Source: Armatimonadota bacterium (GTDB taxonomy: Bacteria > Armatimonadota > HRBIN16). From it: a DNA stretch of 64,000 bases. Of this stretch, positions 29,045 through 37,999 are shown piece by piece (the first letter of the stretch is position 1; every line of letters starts with the position of its first letter). Below the pieces are notes generated by a model. The model saw nothing but the letters and a program-made list of their open reading frames with translations, had not been told where the DNA came from and made no database searches. The stretch spans positions 288,001 to 352,000 of the forward strand of contig OY781964.1 in NCBI GenBank assembly GCA_963677485.1. Direction: 5' to 3'. Both the position numbers and the translations under genes were made by a program.

Positions 29045-31246
29045 TCACGCCACACCCCGCACACGTGAAATCTCCTGGTACATTTTCACCAGCTTGAAGA
29101 ACTCGCCCTCTTCATTTTCCTGCAGCTCAGCGTGGCTGCCCACTTCCACCACTTCGCCCTGCTTCAGCACAATCAGCCGGTCCGCGTTCTTCAAGGTACT
29201 CAGACGGTGTGCAATGGCGAATGTGGTCCGCCCCTTCACAAGCCGGTCGATCGCTTCTTGAATCTGCTTCTCGGTTTCGATGTCCACCTGGCTGGTGGCC
29301 TCGTCCAGAATCAGTATCTTCGGATCATGCAGCACGGCGCGGGCGATGGCGATACGCTGTTTCTCACCGCCGGACAGCCCCTGTCCACCCTCGCCAAGCA
29401 GTGTTTCGTAACCGTCAGGACGGCGGATGATGAACTCATGGGCGTTGGCCACCCTGGAGGCGTTCACAATCTCTTCCCGCGTGGCGTTGGGTTTGGCGTA
29501 GGTGATGTTGTCTGCAATGGTACCAGCGAACAGGAAGGTGTCCTGAGGCACCAGACCGATCTGCTTCCGTATTTCCTCAAGCTTCAGGTCCTTGATATCA
29601 ACGCCATCGATGGTGATGGAACCCTCTGTGCAGTCGTAGAACCGGCAGAGAAGGTTAATGATGGTGCTCTTGCCCGCTCCCGAGTGCCCCACCAGGCCGA
29701 TCATCTCACCTGGCTCTACCTTGAAGCTGACACCCTTCAACACAGCCCGGTGGGGCTCGTAGCCGAAGGTCACGTTGTTGAACTCCACGGTGCCCACGAT
29801 GTGCGGCAGCTCCTGCGGGTTGTCGGACTCCTTCACCTCAGGCTCAGTGTCCAGCACTTCGAAGATGCGCTCTGCGGCGGTCATGGCGCGGCTGCTCCAG
29901 TTCAACAACGAACTGAGTGAGCCCACCGGCTGGTAGAACATGGCCACGTAGGTGATGAACGCCATCAAGGTGCCGAGGCTCATCTTTTCATTCAGAACAT
30001 CCACGCCGCCGAAATACCACACCAGCATCGTGCCCATCATCATCAGCAGCGAGATGCCGCTGAACAAGAACGCCCAACTGCGGTCTACTGTCACCGCACT
30101 GGTGGCCACGTCGATACTCGCCTGATCAAACCGCTCGATGGCCCGCTTTTCCTGGGCGAAGGCCTTGACGATGCGCAAGCCGTTCAGACCCTCGGTGAGC
30201 ACATTATTGAGCGTGCTCCAGCGCCGCCACATGCGACGGAAGTTGACACGCATCCGCATCCAAATCGACTGGGCTAGCATCGTCACAATTGGTGTTGGGA
30301 TCACCACGATCAGTGCCAGTTTCCAGCTCATGGCAAACAGCATCGCGCCGATGCCCACCACTAGCAGCAGGTTGATCACAAGGTCCTGCGCGCCCCAGAT
30401 GAGGAACTGCTGCAGGTTGTTGGTGTCCTGGTTCACCCGCGAAATGACCGAGCCGATTTGCCGTTTGTCGAAAAAGCCCAGTGACAGGTATTGCAGGTGC
30501 TTGTAGAGTTTGGTGCGGATATCATGGGTGATACGGTTGCCCACCCAGGCGCTCAACCAGCTTTGGAATGCGCCGATCAACGCGCCAATAACCCGGACGC
30601 CAATCAGCGCCAAGGTCAACCAGAGCAGCATGCTGAGTCGGTCGACCTTGGCGATAGGGGTTTTCGGTGCCAGCACCTTATCCATCAACGGCTTTTGCAG
30701 GTAAGGCGGGATCAGCCCAATAATGGTTCCCAGCATCGCCATGCCGGTCAATCCCAACGCCTGCCACTTGATCGGCTTCATGAAGCCCACCAGCCGGTTG
30801 ATGGTCTGCATCCCTGGCCGGCAGAGCTGGCAGACCGATGTGCCGCGTTCCAACAGCAGACCGCATTTCGCACAATACTGGCGGTCGTCCTCCGGGGCCA
30901 GTGCCTCCTCGCCCTTTTGCCACTTTTCAAGCAGCCCAGCGATGGAAGCAAACCGCCCCACCTCGCGGGCGGTGTAGCGTACGAGCTCAATCATCACATC
31001 GGCTCGTTTGGCGATCAACCGACCGCCGCCCACCAGATTTTCGGACTTGAACTCGGTCAGCTCTGCGAATGGAATCTCCAATCGCAAAACGGAGCGGCTG
31101 AGTTCACGGGAGTAAACCAGTAGCTGTTCATCAGTGACAATTAAGAACTCTTCACCCAGCTCTCCAGTGGAGAGCATATCGGTTATTGTGACTAACCGAG
31201 GTGCGCTTGACAGTGAAATGTCATCGGGAAGCGGCGGCGTTACCAA
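29045..31246 (-). CDS. ABC transporter, fused permease/ATP-binding, with N-terminal extension and Zn ribbon
   Basis: CAKC...CQLC, multi-TM domain, Walker A GHSGAGKS, LSGGEKQR, ILILDEAT and AIAHRLST. Confidence 0.93.
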   Translation of the reverse strand: MVTPPLPDDISLSSAPRLVTITDMLSTGELGEEFLIVTDEQLLVYSRELSRSVLRLEIPFAELTEFKSENLVGGGRLIAKRADVMIELVRYTAREVGRFASIAGLLEKWQKGEEALAPEDDRQYCAKCGLLLERGTSVCQLCRPGMQTINRLVGFMKPIKWQALGLTGMAMLGTIIGLIPPYLQKPLMDKVLAPKTPIAKVDRLSMLLWLTLALIGVRVIGALIGAFQSWLSAWVGNRITHDIRTKLYKHLQYLSLGFFDKRQIGSVISRVNQDTNNLQQFLIWGAQDLVINLLLVVGIGAMLFAMSWKLALIVVIPTPIVTMLAQSIWMRMRVNFRRMWRRWSTLNNVLTEGLNGLRIVKAFAQEKRAIERFDQASIDVATSAVTVDRSWAFLFSGISLLMMMGTMLVWYFGGVDVLNEKMSLGTLMAFITYVAMFYQPVGSLSSLLNWSSRAMTAAERIFEVLDTEPEVKESDNPQELPHIVGTVEFNNVTFGYEPHRAVLKGVSFKVEPGEMIGLVGHSGAGKSTIINLLCRFYDCTEGSITIDGVDIKDLKLEEIRKQIGLVPQDTFLFAGTIADNITYAKPNATREEIVNASRVANAHEFIIRRPDGYETLLGEGGQGLSGGEKQRIAIARAVLHDPKILILDEATSQVDIETEKQIQEAIDRLVKGRTTFAIAHRLSTLKNADRLIVLKQGEVVEVGSHAELQENEEGEFFKLVKMYQEISRVRGVA

Positions 31247-31391
31247 AAACCTATACCTCGATAGTGTATATTACGGGTGTGTGTATATTATTCTACAGCA
31301 GATTTCAGACACAATCGCAAAGGAAATGGGACGATTTACCTATTCAAATCGCCCAGCTCTAATATCTGACAGGAAGGATCGTGATACAGCA

Positions 31392-32417
31392 ATGAGTAAC
31401 AAACCGAAGGTATGGCTGGCCGTACTCCCACTGGACGTGGTTCTAGGCCGTGATGACGAGTGGAAGTGGGTGCAAGAACACATCGATGGAGTAAAATTCT
31501 GGACACAGCAGGTGGATGACCCGGCCGAGACATGGCCGTTCCAAGGAAATGTCGCCACTCCCGATGCGTTCAAGCGGATCATCGAGATATTGAACAGGCA
31601 AAATATACCCCTTATCATCGAAAAAGGCTGCTGGCCGCAACGGAAATCCACTCCGGGTCTGGACCGAATGGGTGGAGAGGCCGGACCATATGATGCCACG
31701 CTCCCCAAGCGAGCAGCTGCGAACGAGCTGGCCCGGATTGAGCACGTGAAGTCACTGGGCGGCACCGTGAGCACACTCGATGTGGACGGTCCAGAGCGGC
31801 ACCTGATGTTCCCCGTGCTGGGCGGTATCGGCGTGACCAACTTCGAGGACGCTATCACGATGTTTGTGGAGTATATGCGGATCATCCACATGCAGCACCC
31901 GAAGATCGACTTCTATGCGCTGAGCAACTTCCCGAACTTCGGTTGGAAGGGCGGTCTGGCCTACTACGGCACGATGAACTGGGGCGACTACTACACTGCG
32001 CTGGAGGCCATCATCCGCCTGAGCAAGAAGGCGAAGCTGCCGATGAAAGGCGTGACCGTCGATAACCCGTATGACTACGCCACAGGACGCTGCAAGATGA
32101 AATTCCCTGAGGGGTATGATCCCAAGAGCATCGACTGGATGAGCCGCATCCGGGGCATCGAGGACATCTGCCACAAGAACAAGCTGGAGTTCAATCTGGT
32201 GGTGAACTCACAGACACCCGGTGAGAGCAATATGCCAGATTATTGCCAGGAGACGCTTCAGTATGTGGACCACTACCGCAGACTCAGCGGACGCCCCGAC
32301 ACCTGGATCGTGCAGAGCTGGTACACCCACCCCCTGCGCGACGAGGTGTTGCCCGAGACCAAGCCGAACACCTTCATGTGGCTGGTCAAGCAGGTGATTC
32401 AGAAGGTCAAGGGGTAG
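31392..32417 (+). CDS. Hypothetical protein, possibly a TIM-barrel glycoside-hydrolase-like fold
   Basis: Host-like GC3 bias; start ATG 31392 (the longer ORF-track start overlaps the ABC gene); WIVQSW and LDVDGP motifs. Function unassigned. Confidence 0.7.
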   Translation: MSNKPKVWLAVLPLDVVLGRDDEWKWVQEHIDGVKFWTQQVDDPAETWPFQGNVATPDAFKRIIEILNRQNIPLIIEKGCWPQRKSTPGLDRMGGEAGPYDATLPKRAAANELARIEHVKSLGGTVSTLDVDGPERHLMFPVLGGIGVTNFEDAITMFVEYMRIIHMQHPKIDFYALSNFPNFGWKGGLAYYGTMNWGDYYTALEAIIRLSKKAKLPMKGVTVDNPYDYATGRCKMKFPEGYDPKSIDWMSRIRGIEDICHKNKLEFNLVVNSQTPGESNMPDYCQETLQYVDHYRRLSGRPDTWIVQSWYTHPLRDEVLPETKPNTFMWLVKQVIQKVKG

Positions 32418-32423
32418 AGATTC

Positions 32424-32575
32424 ATCCGCAGATTACGCAGATTACACAGATGGTTCTTGGAACGCCCCTGGGAAGGCCAATCTCCCGATTGGCCTTCTCC
32501 TTCCCTATCTGTGTCATCCGGTTGATCCGTGGTTCAGACATCTCCGCAGGGCAGGCACAGGGGCCTGCCCCTACC
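32424..32575. repeat. Intergenic repeat mosaic
   Basis: ATCCGCAGATTACGCAGATTACACAGAT, CCTGGGAAGGCCAATCTCCCGATTGGC, ATCCGTGGTTCAGAC and AGGGCAGGCACAGGGGCCTGCCCCTAC. Confidence 0.85.
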
Positions 32576-32595
32576 CGCCCTGTCTGGTAGATGGC

Positions 32596-33156
32596 TTACC
32601 GATACAATCGAGACGCCCTGGCCTTTCTGTAGCCGAGGTAAACATACACAGATATGCGTCGTAGACCCATACTCGGGATAATTACACAGACCGTTAGTAC
32701 ATGGGCTACTAGCAATGGTAAGGTCATGATAAGCGAAGAAACCGATGGAGCCGGTTTGAATGGTGCCCCGCTGGTACACAACAGTAAGGCAGGATATATC
32801 ATCAATGCTTCTAGCATGATGATTGTGATCAATGGACGTGCTATGCATGCGATCATGTCACAGATACTGGAGTTTTTCGAATGCATGATTAACGGCTTAA
32901 ATTTCTGGGTTCGGTGCTTTACGAAATCCCTCAGTTCATCGATATTGCATATAATCCCCCAAACACCGACTAACCATATCCATACGACTGATATCACTCC
33001 AGGCGAATGAGGGCCGGTACCATATTGGCCGGTCAATATGCTATACGCCTCATAATATGCGGGAAATATAAATATTAATACTGCCGGGATACGGGTTATA
33101 AGTGCATTCACATAATAGTCAATACTATTCAAAAACGTCCGCCCGTATCCCCTCAC
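32596..33156 (-). CDS. Hypothetical membrane protein, last gene of the paralog array (TM part only)
   Basis: Four hydrophobic segments; overlaps the upstream stop (GTGA); lacks the IPGxHP motif. Confidence 0.6.
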   Translation of the reverse strand: MRGYGRTFLNSIDYYVNALITRIPAVLIFIFPAYYEAYSILTGQYGTGPHSPGVISVVWIWLVGVWGIICNIDELRDFVKHRTQKFKPLIMHSKNSSICDMIACIARPLITIIMLEALMIYPALLLCTSGAPFKPAPSVSSLIMTLPLLVAHVLTVCVIIPSMGLRRISVYVYLGYRKARASRLYR

Positions 33157-35336
33157 TCGAAATACTCCGGTGCGTGCTCACGGATGTGCTGCAGAATGAT
33201 CATTACATCTGGATGATTGCCTGATATGACAATCTGCGACTTTACAGAGCCGCGGACAAGCACGATCTTTTTGATGCCCGATGCTTTCCTGGCATCATAC
33301 TTTACCTCAACCTTGGTGAGTTCGTCCCATCGAATGGCTCGACAACTCGGACTATTAATCGCACCTGTCAGACTGATCCCACAATCGGTAACACAATAAT
33401 AGGCCGTGAGGTGGAACAACACCTGTATAGGAATGTAAAATGCAAATACAGCATAATAGAGCGCACACACTACAAACATCAGGATTCGTTGAGGATCGTC
33501 TATGAGCCATCTCGAAACCGATATAAATAGCACGATAAATAGTAATTCATAGGCCACGATAAGGATGGTGGCAGCCGTTTGACCGATGTTGATATCTGAA
33601 ACACGGTAGCAGTTGTCTCTTGATGTGAGCTGGCTCCAGCGGGTGGGCCAGTTCGAAAGCTCATCTGCGATCCACTCAACCAGCATTACGACAGCGAGCC
33701 CAACAGGAAATGACACAAATATGGCGGCTGCTACCATTGCTACCACCGTCAAGAACTCGTATGACTGAAACGCGACCATTACAATAAAGTCAGCCGTCAA
33801 GGTTATACATAGCACCGTGAAGCCTAGAGAACTGGGCGATGTCACCATTCCAGGCAGCACCTTGCATAACTTGTCTGGTATTTGGCCGTATTTTTCCGGA
33901 ACTATGTGTTTGAAATCACGCAGGATATTGTCAATCTCCGCATGTCGGCCTGATATGGTAATACTCTTGAAGTATGGTCCGCCGGGACCGGTGGTCAAGA
34001 CGACCTTCTTGATGCGGTCCGAATTTGATGCGCTATACTGCACATCGACACTGCTCAGTAAATCCCACTTGATATGTGTCTCATCGACACCCGCAACAAG
34101 CGACTTGGTGCAGACCTCTTCATCGCTCAGGTAAAGCCGTGTGGTCAGAATATGGACCAGTTTCAATGTGCCCAGTACAACGGACATCAGCACAACCAGA
34201 GCCAGTGTGGGAAGAACAAAGGACAGATTTGATGGGGCTTTGTTGCTCAGGATCACGGCCAGTGTCACAACTATGGCTTCCGCTGCGGTATATACAAGCC
34301 AGGCCCTGGCTCGTTCATTACTGGAGGTCAGCATGTAACATCGGGCACCTGTTTGGAACGACTCCCAGCGTAACTTGACATTCATCAAGAAAGAAATGAG
34401 TCTCACCGCACACATCCCAAACCCAAGAACCCAGATGGTGGTTACGAAGAGCCTCCAGTTTGATGGCGACCCATAAACCGGAAAAAGGAGGGGTTGAAGA
34501 CAGATCACCCAAGCGGTGATCGCCAGCCCCAGCGTCCAGTTGGCTACGTCACGCCGTAAAGTGTTTCGAAGCTGCTTCGGTTCAGACGCTACATCCACCA
34601 GCTTGTCTGGCACAGCCTCACGTATGTGCTGTAGAATCTGTTCAAGTTGGGGATGGTGGCCAGGTATGACGATGTTACCGTAGCGTAGACTTCCCTTCAC
34701 AACCAGCTTGCTTATACCAGACGGCAGGGTTGGGTCGCGGTGTATCTCGACACTCACGATCTGCTTCCAGTTGATCAGCGTCGGGTGCGGGTTGTATATC
34801 AATGATTCCTTGCTGATCCCGATATTCGATAAACATATATGCTTAGTCAGGTAGTCGATAAGCCCACCGCATATCCCCGTGGTGAACATCGTACAGATGG
34901 CAAGAACGAGTGGGATCATGTCGTATACAAACGAAGTATTTTTCTTGCCTGCACCATCATCTATGGCATCTATATTTAGGAACCATATAAAAGCGCCAAG
35001 CAATGCGAAGAGCAACACCGAAAATCCGATTTTGGTCCATCTGATTGAGCTGGGCCGAGTGAGCAGCTTAAAGCACTTAGTGTCAGTCATGAATCGGGCA
35101 CGCTGCTTCTTCCAGTTTCGCAGCGAATAACAGGAGATGCCTAATATTATCGCCATGGCTGCGATGCCATAGGCCCATATACCCACACGCACCCACATCA
35201 TATCCCTGGGTGACACGTCCTGGCAGGGCTGTTCGTCGTAGCATGCGCACGCCGGTAGTGACAGCATGATAGCCAAAAGAGCAGGCATGATCCGCTTCGT
35301 GAATACCGAGACGCTGGTTGTTTTTATATATCCCAT
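33153..35336 (-). CDS. Membrane protein with three TM + PH-like modules
   Basis: Modules end IVIPGHHPQLEQILQHIREAVPDK, ITISGRHAEIDNILRDFKHIVPEK and IVISGNHPDVMIILQHIREHAPEY, each preceded by IxWxxL/IxxVxV. Confidence 0.8.
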   Translation of the reverse strand: MGYIKTTSVSVFTKRIMPALLAIMLSLPACACYDEQPCQDVSPRDMMWVRVGIWAYGIAAMAIILGISCYSLRNWKKQRARFMTDTKCFKLLTRPSSIRWTKIGFSVLLFALLGAFIWFLNIDAIDDGAGKKNTSFVYDMIPLVLAICTMFTTGICGGLIDYLTKHICLSNIGISKESLIYNPHPTLINWKQIVSVEIHRDPTLPSGISKLVVKGSLRYGNIVIPGHHPQLEQILQHIREAVPDKLVDVASEPKQLRNTLRRDVANWTLGLAITAWVICLQPLLFPVYGSPSNWRLFVTTIWVLGFGMCAVRLISFLMNVKLRWESFQTGARCYMLTSSNERARAWLVYTAAEAIVVTLAVILSNKAPSNLSFVLPTLALVVLMSVVLGTLKLVHILTTRLYLSDEEVCTKSLVAGVDETHIKWDLLSSVDVQYSASNSDRIKKVVLTTGPGGPYFKSITISGRHAEIDNILRDFKHIVPEKYGQIPDKLCKVLPGMVTSPSSLGFTVLCITLTADFIVMVAFQSYEFLTVVAMVAAAIFVSFPVGLAVVMLVEWIADELSNWPTRWSQLTSRDNCYRVSDINIGQTAATILIVAYELLFIVLFISVSRWLIDDPQRILMFVVCALYYAVFAFYIPIQVLFHLTAYYCVTDCGISLTGAINSPSCRAIRWDELTKVEVKYDARKASGIKKIVLVRGSVKSQIVISGNHPDVMIILQHIREHAPEYFE

Positions 35337-35353
35337 TTCATTATCGATCCTGT

Positions 35354-36073
35354 CTAGAGTGCTTCGTTCATCAAGTTCGGAGCGTGCTCGCGGATGTTCT
35401 GCAGGATGCGCTGGATATCCGGGTGGCTGCCGGGGATGACAATGGGCCTTAGTCGCCGGATTTCAGTGCGTCCTTGTAAGGTCACTCGGCGAATACCGGA
35501 CTTGCATTTAGGGTCGTGTTGAACATCAACACTTGTCAACTGCTCCCAGCGTATCACCCATGGAAATTGCTGGTACGCTTCCGATTCCACGCTAATCCCT
35601 TCATCATCGAGGCATGCATGAGCTGTCAGTAAATTGACAATCTCTATTGGTATGAATGCAACTATCATCAATATAACCCCAATCAACACTGGGATCATAT
35701 ATACAAGGAACGACAGCATCTTAGCGGTGGGATGTGACAGAAAGATATATAACACCGCACTGAGCATCATAAGTTCCAACGGAATCAACTGCATGTAAGC
35801 CGATACTCTGTCATTGGTCGTACAAACTAGTTTATAACAGCAGGTTTTGGATTGTAGAGCAGCCCGTCGGTCCTTTCTGCCCTTGAAAAAACCAACAATT
35901 GGTTTTACCATCTCTACGATACCCAGAATGCCAAACACCCAGTATACAGCACCGAATAGCATCCACCCGATGCGCTCACTGGGATATCGACCGATCAGGA
36001 ATACGATCACCGCCAACAAAATAGGTGTCAACAATAAAATGATTGACTGAGGGCGGATGCGTTTTTTATTCAT
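35354..36073 (-). CDS. Membrane protein with one TM + PH-like module
   Basis: 4 TM, then HACLDDEGI...IRWEQLTSVDV...IVIPGSHPDIQRILQNIREHAP. Confidence 0.8.
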   Translation of the reverse strand: MNKKRIRPQSIILLLTPILLAVIVFLIGRYPSERIGWMLFGAVYWVFGILGIVEMVKPIVGFFKGRKDRRAALQSKTCCYKLVCTTNDRVSAYMQLIPLELMMLSAVLYIFLSHPTAKMLSFLVYMIPVLIGVILMIVAFIPIEIVNLLTAHACLDDEGISVESEAYQQFPWVIRWEQLTSVDVQHDPKCKSGIRRVTLQGRTEIRRLRPIVIPGSHPDIQRILQNIREHAPNLMNEAL

Positions 36074-36169
36074 AGCCTTACCGTCTCCATTTAAAATTTG
36101 TATTGAAATCAGTTACCACGCAGCTCTGGCCATGTTCATTCGTAATAGCCGACGGGCGATTGGTGTATC

Positions 36170-36460
36170 CATACGCCGGCCGGAGCGAAGCGACGCCGGC
36201 CGATACTGATCAGCCGCGCGGTGCAGGAACCCGCACTGGACGCAGTTCCCGGAGCGTCAGCTCCCGGAACGTAGACGTGTGGGTGACAAAACCCGCGGTA
36301 GCGTGGCTGATCACCTGCGGTCCACGCCACCGTCCCTTGTCGACGGGTTCCGTGGCCCGTCCGTGACTTCGTCTCGGTAAGGGCACTGTCACCCATCGCT
36401 CATCAATACCGGCCCGCGTTCCGGCGGGCGTGGGAAGCCTTGCGCCCGTTCACAGGCTGA
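36170..36460 (-). repeat. Dispersed, rearranged relative of the 232-bp array unit, inside the paralog array
   Basis: Reverse complement contains CAGCCTGTGAACGGGCGCA, TGATGAGCGATGGGTGA, GGAACCCGTCGACA and CAGCCACGCTACCGCGGGTTTTGTCACCCAC, all matching unit segments; GGAGCGAAGCGACGC is on the plus strand near 36182. Confidence 0.75.
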
Positions 36461-36491
36461 GACCCATCTGTGTAGTTTCAAAACTGCATGA

Positions 36492-37223
36492 TCATACTGT
36501 CTCGTTCATCTTATCCGGTGCGTGTTCGCCGATATCCTGCAGGATGCGTTGAATATCCGGATGGCTGCCAGGGATGACAATAGGCCTCATCGGCCCTCTT
36601 GTGGTTCTACCGGTCACTATCACCTTCTTGATGTCATTCGATATCGCCTGTCGTTTTACCTTAATACTGGTCACCTGCTCCCAGCCGATGGCCTGCAGGC
36701 GCAACTCGTCTACTATTGTCTCGATGCCGTTTCCCTCTTCCGTGATACAAACGTGGGCTGTCAGGCTTTTTACCAGATCGAGTAATGCCTGTAATAACAT
36801 AATGAAGACGCCTGGCACGAAAATAGCTAGCCACATATATGATCCCAGGCGTATGCCGCTGTGGATTTCCGACAAAACCGACACCGTCATAGCAAGACTG
36901 ACGGTGATCAAAATGACAGGTCCGACAAGCGCAGGTATGACATCGCTCCGACAATTAAGCAGCTTGTAACATTGAGGTCTGGAATTGAATTCAAGGAGCC
37001 TTTCTTGCCTGTTTTTCAATACCTCCACCAGCTTCATTATGAGAACTACCATCATGAAGACAAACGGCAGCGAGAAGCAGATAGCGTATACCAACACTGA
37101 CGAAGTGATAGGGTGTTTCCGTGCGGTTAGAATAAGTATGAGAGCAGGCATCCACAGGGCGGTGTATATATTCCTCTGGATACCAATCTTTTTCTTGATG
37201 ATTTCGGCTCGTTTGTCGTCCAT
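36492..37223 (-). CDS. Membrane protein with one TM + PH-like module
   Basis: 4 TM, then HVCITEEG...IGWEQVTSIKV...IVIPGSHPDIQRILQDIGEHAPD. Confidence 0.8.
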   Translation of the reverse strand: MDDKRAEIIKKKIGIQRNIYTALWMPALILILTARKHPITSSVLVYAICFSLPFVFMMVVLIMKLVEVLKNRQERLLEFNSRPQCYKLLNCRSDVIPALVGPVILITVSLAMTVSVLSEIHSGIRLGSYMWLAIFVPGVFIMLLQALLDLVKSLTAHVCITEEGNGIETIVDELRLQAIGWEQVTSIKVKRQAISNDIKKVIVTGRTTRGPMRPIVIPGSHPDIQRILQDIGEHAPDKMNETV

Positions 37224-37256
37224 TGATGCGTTATCTCCTCATGGCTATCATTCGTA

Positions 37257-37976
37257 TCATTGACCCAACAGCGTCTTTGCTACCGTGTCAGGCGCGTGTT
37301 CGCGGATGTCCAGCAGAATGCGCTGGATATCCGGGTGGCTGCCGGGGATGATAATGGGTCTTAGCACCCCTCTTTTTGTCCTACCAGTCACTATCACCCG
37401 CTTGATAGCATTGGATATTGCCTGTCGTTTTACCATGATACTGGTCACCTGCCCCCAGTCGATAGTGTGCAGGCCTAGCTCCTTCACGACCGACTCCATG
37501 CTGATCCCCTGTTCCGTGATACAGACATGCGCTGTCAGAATTTTCGCCAGTTCGAGTATCACCATAAGAACCAGCATCAAGAAGCAAGGCACGAACCAGG
37601 TTAGCCACAAATATGAATGCTGACGTAATCCGGTGAGGGCCCCAACCAGAACATCCACAGCGAACGTGAGTGTGAACGTGATCAATACCACAGGTACTAT
37701 AAATGCGAATATCACATCGTTCCGGGTATTCACTAGCTTGTAGCATCCGGTTCTGGAGCCAAACTCTATGAGCCTTTCCTGTCGGTTTGTCAACACATCA
37801 ATCAATGAAACGCAAAGAAGCGTCGATATATATAACCACGGTAATGAAAAGTAAATTGCGTACACCAGCATAGACGAAGTGAGCCGATGGTGCTCAGCCG
37901 TGAAATTCAATATGATGGTGGGTAGTGATATGATCATGAATAGTATCTTGATGATACTGGCTTGTTTCTTGTTCAT
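37257..37976 (-). CDS. Membrane protein with one TM + PH-like module (closest to 36492..37223)
   Basis: Shares TSSxLVYAI, NRQERL, CYKL and VKRQAISN with its neighbour; ends IIIPGSHPDIQRILLDIREHAPDTVAKTLLGQ. Confidence 0.8.
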   Translation of the reverse strand: MNKKQASIIKILFMIISLPTIILNFTAEHHRLTSSMLVYAIYFSLPWLYISTLLCVSLIDVLTNRQERLIEFGSRTGCYKLVNTRNDVIFAFIVPVVLITFTLTFAVDVLVGALTGLRQHSYLWLTWFVPCFLMLVLMVILELAKILTAHVCITEQGISMESVVKELGLHTIDWGQVTSIMVKRQAISNAIKRVIVTGRTKRGVLRPIIIPGSHPDIQRILLDIREHAPDTVAKTLLGQ

Positions 37977-37999
37977 ACCTTATTATTCCCTCATGGCTA

